From NCBI GenBank assembly GCA_043822785.1, contig JBDRBN010000146.1, forward strand, positions 1-12,206: a DNA stretch of 12,206 nucleotides, given 5' to 3'. The notes under the pieces are model-generated. The model did not search any database. It saw only the letters and a program-made list of their open reading frames with translations, and was not told the origin of the DNA. The stretch comes from Pseudomonadota bacterium. Lineage in GTDB: Bacteria > UBA10199 > 2-02-FULL-44-16 > JAAZCA01. How positions within the stretch are numbered: position 1 is the stretch's first letter; each line of letters starts with the position of its first letter. The position numbers and the translations under genes were made by a program. Of this stretch, positions 6,386 to 12,206 are shown one piece after another.

Positions 6386-8986
6386 TCAAGAACGTTGAGC
6401 AATCTCTTTGTTAAACAATGTCTCCACAGCATTCATATGACGCTTGATTTCTTCTGCCGGCTCATCTCGCGATGTGCAATTCATATGCTCTGCAAGGGCA
6501 TCTATGTAATCAGCTTCCATATTTATTTCATCTGTTGCGCGGCCGGTAAGAAGGCGAAGACCAGATAGAATCTTTTTATAGAATGATATATGATTTTCTA
6601 ATTCTTGGAATATAGTGCTGTCCATTAAGCCTGAGTCATGTAGCGCTCCTAGCACTTCAAACGAGTTTTGTTTCCATAGCTCCACATGATCCTTAGCATA
6701 TATGAGTTGATAAAACTGTATGATTGAATCCGCATCTGCAGATCCCCCAGGGCCGATCTTTATATTATAGGTATGAGTTTTAGGCTTTATGCGCTCTGAT
6801 ATTGTACGTTCACGAATGCGCGCGATCTCTTCTTTAATTTTGTCAGCAGGAGGGGGGGGCGATTTGTATGCGAGCTCGCTAAGCTCGCTTCGCACCTGTT
6901 TTATGAACTCGTCATCACCTGTGATAACGCGCGCCTTGAGTAAGGACAGGCGCTCCCATATGTGTGCATCATTTTTATGATAGTTATGAAATGACTCGAT
7001 AGAGGCAACGAGCGTGCCTTCGCTCCCTGATGGTCTTAGCTCTGAATCAACCTGATATGCGCGGCCATAACGACCGGGCATGGAGACCATGAAGATGATT
7101 CTCTGTGCAAGCTTTGTAAAATATTCCACATTTGAAATAGATCTTTCGCCACTCGTCTTTCCTGGGCCTCTATAGATAAAGCACAGGTCCAGGTCTGAAC
7201 CATAATCCACTTCGCTCGAGCCTAGCGATCCCATACCTACAATAGCAAACCCTGCGCGCGAACCATCTTCAAGAAGGGGTGCGCCGTATTTTTCTTCAAG
7301 CTGTCTTTTAGCCATGTCCCATGCACATTCCAAAATCGCTTCAGCTGCGAGGGTTAACCTTCTCATCACTCTAGAAAGAGGCATGCTGCCTGCGATGTCA
7401 GATTCTTGTATTCGCTTAGTCTCTTGGGTTTTGAACCATGCCAGGGATTCGATTTCCTCCTCTTCATTTTCTGCTCTTGCAGCGTTATCTCTTATTGCAT
7501 CCATCAGCTCCAGCCGCTCGTAGTCTGCTACAAATAGTGCCTTAAAGAGCCGCTCAACTCCTTGCCTGTGTCGCATCAAATCCGACATGAACTCATCTGC
7601 TGCATCATGGGCATCCAAATTGCGGTATCCCATGCGGCGTGCAAGCCCACAGAGTTCGGCGCGTTGCTTTGGCAGTTTGTGAATCTGCAGGTCGTCTGCA
7701 GCTTGTAGCATATTCTCAGTGCGCCTTAAAAATGAATACGCGTTCCTTAAACGGGCGGCGCCATAAGGATGAATGAGGGCTGCTTTTGCTAATGCATCTA
7801 TGGCTTCAAACGTGTTGCTCTGTCTTACGTTTGTAAGGGTGCCACCGAAAAAAAGACAGATGGCCTGAGTTAGAAACTCCACTTCGCGTATGCCGCCCGG
7901 GCCGAGCTTAATATCATAAGCATCGCTTTTGCGTTTAGACGAAAGCTCCATCTTCTTCTTCATCTCTTTCATATGCGCAAGATCTTTTAGCGTTACAGAG
8001 CGCCTATAAATAAACGGCCGCACAGCATCTATGAAGGCATTGCCTAGCTTCTCACTTCCCGCCACCGGCCTTGCGCGCATCAAGGCTTGTCGTTCCCAAT
8101 CATGGCCAAAGTATTCATAATATCGTTCGGCTGCATCCAGCGAATTAGAAAGCGGACCTCCTGCTCCTTCAGGGCGCAGATCGTGATCTACGCGAAACAC
8201 AAACCCGTGATTTGTGACCTTGGATAATAGCTTTGTGAACAGGGCTGTTTGTTGGACATAGAATTCGTGGTTAGAAATATTTTTTTTGCTATGAGAAATC
8301 GTTCCACCTTCGTCTGATGCGTATATAGTGATAAGGTCTATGTCAGAGCTTAGATTAAGTTCTCTGCCGCCAAGCTTTCCAAGCGCTATCACAGCGCCTT
8401 CACATTCAGCATCATTTCCGTTGCCCGAAGGACACATCGGTTTGCCAAATTTTTGCACGAGCGTGTCATAAGCCCTTTGCCACGCAGCTTGGATTAGCAC
8501 ATCAGCAACATCGCTCCACTCAGCCAAGAGTTGTCTTACGTTCGCAGAGCATGCGATATCGCGCATCACGATCCTGGCCATCTCGCGATATTTGTAATGG
8601 CGCAGAGCGGTCATGAATGCATTCTCACTCCCTCTCCCTTGAGGCCTGCCCTGAGCAGAGTCGAAGGGGGAGAGGGGTAGGGGTGAGGGTGACCCAGCGC
8701 TATCCACCATGGCGCCTATCTCGGCTGAGATCACATCTTTTGGTTTTCTGGCAATCGAGTAGGGTGAAAGTGCGACGTCGTTTGCCCACTGCGGATGCGA
8801 GATCAATCGCTCTGACAGTACACGGCTGTTTCCAAATATGCGCACGAGCTCATGCGCTCCAACAACGTCCCAGTTAAACTGGCAGTCCGTTGCCTTTGCA
8901 TAGGCCTTCTCAAAGCTCTTTAACTGGCGCAGTCCTAAATCAGGATCAGCGGCGCAAGCGAGTATTTCTTTTGCCCAGTCGTCCAT
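6386..8986 (-). CDS. glnE: Bifunctional glutamine synthetase adenylyltransferase / adenylyl-removing enzyme
   Basis: Two nucleotidyltransferase domains: LGKLGGRELNLSSDIDL...LRPEG...WERQALMRAR...KLGPGGIREVEF and MGSLGSSEVDYGSDLDL...LRPSG...WERLSLLKAR...KIGPGG. SD AAGGA. Confidence 0.92.
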   Translation of the reverse strand: MDDWAKEILACAADPDLGLRQLKSFEKAYAKATDCQFNWDVVGAHELVRIFGNSRVLSERLISHPQWANDVALSPYSIARKPKDVISAEIGAMVDSAGSPSPLPLSPFDSAQGRPQGRGSENAFMTALRHYKYREMARIVMRDIACSANVRQLLAEWSDVADVLIQAAWQRAYDTLVQKFGKPMCPSGNGNDAECEGAVIALGKLGGRELNLSSDIDLITIYASDEGGTISHSKKNISNHEFYVQQTALFTKLLSKVTNHGFVFRVDHDLRPEGAGGPLSNSLDAAERYYEYFGHDWERQALMRARPVAGSEKLGNAFIDAVRPFIYRRSVTLKDLAHMKEMKKKMELSSKRKSDAYDIKLGPGGIREVEFLTQAICLFFGGTLTNVRQSNTFEAIDALAKAALIHPYGAARLRNAYSFLRRTENMLQAADDLQIHKLPKQRAELCGLARRMGYRNLDAHDAADEFMSDLMRHRQGVERLFKALFVADYERLELMDAIRDNAARAENEEEEIESLAWFKTQETKRIQESDIAGSMPLSRVMRRLTLAAEAILECAWDMAKRQLEEKYGAPLLEDGSRAGFAIVGMGSLGSSEVDYGSDLDLCFIYRGPGKTSGERSISNVEYFTKLAQRIIFMVSMPGRYGRAYQVDSELRPSGSEGTLVASIESFHNYHKNDAHIWERLSLLKARVITGDDEFIKQVRSELSELAYKSPPPPADKIKEEIARIRERTISERIKPKTHTYNIKIGPGGSADADSIIQFYQLIYAKDHVELWKQNSFEVLGALHDSGLMDSTIFQELENHISFYKKILSGLRLLTGRATDEINMEADYIDALAEHMNCTSRDEPAEEIKRHMNAVETLFNKEIAQRS
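8624..8692. repeat. Palindromic REP/RPE-like element inserted in-frame in glnE
   Basis: Stem CCCTCTCCC (8630..8638) / GGGAGAGGG (8668..8676). About 69 bp, translated as SPSPLPLSPFDSAQGRPQGRGSE. Shares modules with the elements at 144..165 and 6294..6322. Confidence 0.8.
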
Positions 8987-9015
8987 GAATTCCTTTTAGG
9001 TTAGAGAAAAACGAT

Positions 9016-10434
9016 CTAGGAATTGGCAGCAAATATCATCCTGTCGGAGTGGAGGATATGATGGAAGTAGCCGCTCGTCTTTAGTGCATTGCTTGCCTCC
9101 TGATTTGAGATCAAAATTTTCTCTACAGTTATGTCCTTGGGCATATCTGTAACCCTGAGTTTTGCCTCCATCTCCTTAATCAAGTCGGTTCCTGGCTTAT
9201 CAGATAGATATTTAATTTCACACAAGCTGACGACCCCATCACTTCTGAGATATACCAAGTCATATTGAAAACCATTTCTGTTATTGTTGAGCAATGAACC
9301 GCAAGCGGTTACCTTTGAGTCAAATCCCAGTATTTGTGCGATGAGATAGCGGTGCTTAAGACAAAAACGTTCAAAGGCATTTCCCATGAATGGATGCCAC
9401 TTATTTTTTGTGAACTTATCAAAGCGCGATGCGCTATGCGTATGTTTGATTTCGCTTATATTTGGAGAGACGAATTGAAGATGAAACCTCATCAGTTCGT
9501 CTATCATATAATAACGGGGAACTTTGCCTAACTTGAAGTTACGAATATCATTTATACTATCGACTATGCCTGCAGAGATGAGGTTGTCCAGGTAACGTTT
9601 AAGTCCTCCTCCGCTTGGTATTTTGATCTTTTGAGATATATCCTTTAGGGGCAAGGAACTTTCGGATAAACATCTGACTATCTGCTTATAGATATGCGTT
9701 TCTTTGAATTGGTTGTAGAATATCTTATCTGCTTCATCTACAAAAAAACCCGATGCGGAGAAACAGGTTCTATCAATGTTGATTTGAATGGATTGGTTGA
9801 AATCCATCTCCTCAAGGTATTTTGGAATTCCGCCGAATGATAACAGATATTCCAGAATTTCTTTCTTGCCTCGCTTTTTTCCAATGAACTCTGCTACTTC
9901 AAAGGGCTTTAAAGGATCCAGCAGGATATTCTCACTGATTCTTCCATATAAAGCATTGGACCTCACCACATTTTTTACCATCCACGAAGCAACCGAGCCG
10001 CACAATATTAGCAAGAGGTGCGGATGGTATTTCCACTCCTTGTCCCAATAGTATTTTATATAGCTGATAAGTTTTGTTTTGCGAGCAGCCATCCATGAAA
10101 GCTCGTCAAAGGCAACGATCAGATCCTTTTTTTGCTTAATTTTATTTGAAAGCAGATCAAATACCGGAGGCCAATCCTTATAATCCAAATCACGAAGATA
10201 TGGTTCTTTTGTGAACTGGCTCAACTGGTTGAGAAAGTGTTTTATTTGAGATGCTGTGTTTTCGCCTTCTATTGCCTCAAATATCCAAGCAGCCTTGTTT
10301 CTGGAAAAGACGCGGATCAGCTCTGTCTTACCAACACGACGCCTTCCATATATGGAGATTAGACCGACTTTATGCTGGTTCCATATATTTTCTAGTTTTT
10401 TCAGATAGTTATGTCGGCCTACAAATTTCCGCAT
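9016..10434 (-). CDS. AAA ATPase (ATPase_2-type) with winged-HTH and C-terminal DUF234 / PD-(D/E)XK-like domain
   Basis: N-terminal FVGR, Walker A GRRRVGKT, Walker B IVAFDE, LILCGS, GGIPKYL, HTH-like LKDISQKI...LKRYLDNL, and GNAFE...YDLV...CEIK. The start is placed at ATG 10434 (MRKFVGR). Confidence 0.85.
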   Translation of the reverse strand: MRKFVGRHNYLKKLENIWNQHKVGLISIYGRRRVGKTELIRVFSRNKAAWIFEAIEGENTASQIKHFLNQLSQFTKEPYLRDLDYKDWPPVFDLLSNKIKQKKDLIVAFDELSWMAARKTKLISYIKYYWDKEWKYHPHLLLILCGSVASWMVKNVVRSNALYGRISENILLDPLKPFEVAEFIGKKRGKKEILEYLLSFGGIPKYLEEMDFNQSIQINIDRTCFSASGFFVDEADKIFYNQFKETHIYKQIVRCLSESSLPLKDISQKIKIPSGGGLKRYLDNLISAGIVDSINDIRNFKLGKVPRYYMIDELMRFHLQFVSPNISEIKHTHSASRFDKFTKNKWHPFMGNAFERFCLKHRYLIAQILGFDSKVTACGSLLNNNRNGFQYDLVYLRSDGVVSLCEIKYLSDKPGTDLIKEMEAKLRVTDMPKDITVEKILISNQEASNALKTSGYFHHILHSDRMIFAANS

Positions 10435-10520
10435 ATAAAAACTTATAGTTCTCTGTGCGGAAATTGTCAATATATTATAAAATTCCGCACACAAAATATT
10501 TAGATTTAATGTGCGGAATT
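10424..10520. promoter_or_regulatory. Two tandem operator-like palindromes TTCCGCA-N22-TGCGGAA
   Basis: AATTTCCGCA 10424..10433 / TGCGGAAATT 10456..10465, and AATTCCGCACA 10481..10491 / TGTGCGGAATT 10510..10520. Confidence 0.75.
10442..10470 (-). promoter_or_regulatory. Sigma70 promoter predicting a leaderless transcript for the ATPase gene
   Basis: TTGACA (10470..10465), 17 bp spacer, TATAAG (10447..10442), then 7 nt to the ATG at 10434. No SD. Confidence 0.7.
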
Positions 10521-10677
10521 ACAGTTATAGAAAAGCTCTATCACAACTTAACAGAGAAGCGTCTTTCACAAAAATGTATATAATATCAAGAAAAATTATA
10601 CAGATTTTGATTCCCAAATCCGACACTTAATTTTTAAAAGTATGCATTTCTTTTACAATTTAAATAATTAAGCGAGG

Positions 10678-10767
10678 TTGTCATTGCGAACACAGCACCT
10701 GGTGGGTGAAGTAATCCCCCTGATCTCACTCATGGGATCGCCACGCTCTTCGGGCCCGCGATGACAA
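10678..10767. repeat. REP/RPE-like miniature palindromic element (GTCATTGCG...CGCGATGAC type)
   Basis: Terminal inverted repeat TTGTCATTGCG / CGCGATGACAA (10 of 11 match) and inner arms GTAATCCC / GGGATCGC. Confidence 0.7.
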
Positions 10768-10872
10768 TCAAGTGATTTCAAGTGTCGGATTTGGGTTAAT
10801 TAAAACCACGCAACTTTCTGCAGGAACATGCGATAAGAGAGCATAACGTTTAAGAATAACAAGTAGAAAATT

Positions 10873-11910
10873 ATGATAGCGCCAACGCTTAATCAAGCAC
10901 TTCAGTCCCTTAGCATTACCGGTGTGGCCGGGTTTATGAATGGGGTACCGGCGGGTGGGATCGTTACTCCTATTGCAGCGCGGGTCCTCACAGCAATACG
11001 CGCAGCAGTTGATGAGTTTTACGGAAGTGCCACAAGACACCCATTGGCCGAGTTGCAGGCAGTAATTCGCGGTTTGCCTGCAACGGGCGATGTATCACCT
11101 GAACAAAAAACAAGGATCAGGTCTTTGCTCGAAAACCATCAAGCCACTGTTGATCATGTCCTGCGCATGACTGCGCGGTTCGGTGCCGGTTCAGCGACGA
11201 TTGCGGGAGCCGCAGCAGTTATTGCTTTGCAGGCTCCGTTTGGTTTAGGCCCCGAGTGGCGTTGGATTCCCCCTGGCGAGTTTCAGATGGGATCAAGAGA
11301 TGATGATCCTTATGCAAGTGATGATGAGAAACCGTTGAGAACTATTATGACTGGCGGCTTCTACATGCTGGATCATCCTGTGACCAATGCCGAGTATGGA
11401 GCATTTCTTGAGGCAATGGATCAAGAGGATGTTCGAAGTTTCAATAGTAGCTTTGCCGGAGATTATCAACCAACTTTTGCTTTTCATGACAAAGCCACGG
11501 CGTATTCAATATGGCTGGGCGAAGAGGTGAGCAGGCGAATTGGAGTTTTGCTGATCGGCGGGCTTCCCACCGAAGTGGAATGGGAGAAGGCAGCCAAGGG
11601 TCCAAGTGGAAACGAATTTATTATTCCAGCTACCCATGAACAGGCACATTTTGATGTAAGGGCAACCCGCGCTGTTAATCATCCTGATGCATATGCTAAT
11701 GGCTATGCTTTAAAGGATATGATCGGGAATGTGTGGGAGTGGACCTCAAGCCGATGTTCGGTGAATTCATGTAATTTCGTCATCCGTAGTTGTGAGTATG
11801 ACTACGAGGTTACCGAGTTCTTGCGCGCGGCTCATCGCATCTTCGGCCTTCCAGAATATTGCTTGCGCTCTATCGGCTTTCGTCCGGTTCTGACGTCTCA
11901 GGACTCCTAA
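10873..11910 (+). CDS. FGE-sulfatase (formylglycine-generating enzyme-like, C-type lectin fold) domain protein, candidate DGR target
   Basis: IPPGEFQMGS, PVTNAEY, LPTEVEWEKAAKG, ANGYALKDMIGNVWEW and terminal IGFRPV. About 125 aa of unassigned N-terminal region with no signal peptide. Confidence 0.88.
   Translation: MIAPTLNQALQSLSITGVAGFMNGVPAGGIVTPIAARVLTAIRAAVDEFYGSATRHPLAELQAVIRGLPATGDVSPEQKTRIRSLLENHQATVDHVLRMTARFGAGSATIAGAAAVIALQAPFGLGPEWRWIPPGEFQMGSRDDDPYASDDEKPLRTIMTGGFYMLDHPVTNAEYGAFLEAMDQEDVRSFNSSFAGDYQPTFAFHDKATAYSIWLGEEVSRRIGVLLIGGLPTEVEWEKAAKGPSGNEFIIPATHEQAHFDVRATRAVNHPDAYANGYALKDMIGNVWEWTSSRCSVNSCNFVIRSCEYDYEVTEFLRAAHRIFGLPEYCLRSIGFRPVLTSQDS
11779..11910 (+). other. Putative DGR variable region (VR)-like segment
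   Basis: ttg cgc gcg gct CAT cgc ATC TTC GGC CTT cca gaa TAT tgc TTG CGC TCT atc ggc ttt cgt fits a template LRAANRNNNNPENRNNNIGFR. Eight of nine variable codons are NNY. Confidence 0.5.
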
Positions 11911-11923
11911 GCATTCTGTAGCC

Positions 11924-11947
11924 TTTTACCCTGTTGTTTTTTACCCT
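11924..11947 (+). repeat. Pyrimidine-rich direct repeat TTTTACCCT x2 just after the FGE-domain gene
   Basis: TTTTACCCT at 11924..11932 and 11939..11947. Confidence 0.6.
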
Positions 11948-11987
11948 TTTCGCGATTCTTGCATACTGGGAATGTTTGATTTCAATT

Positions 11988-12206
11988 TCAGGAAAGTCGA
12001 TATTCGTTTCTATCCTCCCAGCACGTTGCGTTCTTGTGAAATGCGCACGTTACGCAAGGAGGATCCTTTTTTACGTTATAGTCTTGTTTTCCTATCGCTT
12101 CGATGATCTGCGCGATACGCTTTTGTCCTTCATGCCTTCGTTTATCTGTCATGGCAACGCGTAGAGTGCGACCAGCGCCCGCAAATATGAGGTTTGTTGA
12201 GATAAC
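11988..12206 (-). CDS. C-terminal end of a gene entering from the right edge, probably a PD-(D/E)XK nuclease domain (AddAB/RecB/Cas4-like)
   Basis: A 72-codon frame open from the edge, missing from the ORF track: VISTNLIFAG...IAQIIEAIGKQDYNVKKDPPCVTCAFHKNATCWEDRNEYRLS*. It contains a CxxCxF...C motif typical of the Fe-S staple. Confidence 0.6.
   Translation of the reverse strand, partial: VISTNLIFAGAGRTLRVAMTDKRRHEGQKRIAQIIEAIGKQDYNVKKDPPCVTCAFHKNATCWEDRNEYRLS

Noticed and set aside
10435..10494. 20-codon extension of the ATPase ORF
   Set aside because: It runs through the promoter/operator, and this family typically starts just before FVGR.
10424..10520. CRISPR array or integron attC reading of the repeats
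   Set aside because: The repeats are 7-11 bp, alternate in orientation and overlap a promoter. No cas or integrase gene is present.
199..11487. Remaining short ORFs overlapping the annotated genes (e.g. 199..423, 758..1090, 1948..2244, 4932..5207, 8617..8877, 10768..11040)
   Set aside because: They are antisense or off-frame shadows of well-supported genes, with no recognisable motifs.
10873..11910. True formylglycine-generating enzyme
   Set aside because: The RGGS-x-x-C...C catalytic context is not conserved and no sulfatase is nearby. A binding role is more likely.
11934..12164. 76-aa plus-strand ORF as a DGR accessory (Avd) gene or template repeat
   Set aside because: No similarity to the VR-like segment and no AAC-rich tract. 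It is antisense to a more plausible coding frame.
11988..12206. Cas4 assignment
   Set aside because: The cysteine motif is shared with AddAB/RecB-like nucleases, and there is no CRISPR context.

Overview
Bacterial chromosomal window, deltaproteobacteria-like by gene content (inference). The housekeeping/metabolic part holds the 5' end of a probable rpmB, a DciA/DUF721 gene, a divergent dksA-family gene, and a minus-strand run of glnE, beta-phosphoglucomutase, GH65 phosphorylase, CBS protein, GT4 glycosyltransferase and a small secreted protein. The right part looks accessory. It has an AT-rich AAA ATPase-wHTH-DUF234-type gene whose promoter appears leaderless and carries two TTCCGCA-N22-TGCGGAA palindromes. 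Divergent from it is an FGE-sulfatase (CLec-fold) gene whose 3' end looks like a diversity-generating retroelement (DGR) variable region, with no template repeat or RT visible in the window. A partial PD-(D/E)XK-like gene enters from the right edge. Four REP/RPE-like palindromic elements are present; three share modules, and one is inserted in-frame inside glnE. GlnE also seems to lack most of its central regulatory domain. All family calls come from motif recognition by eye; no database searches were run.
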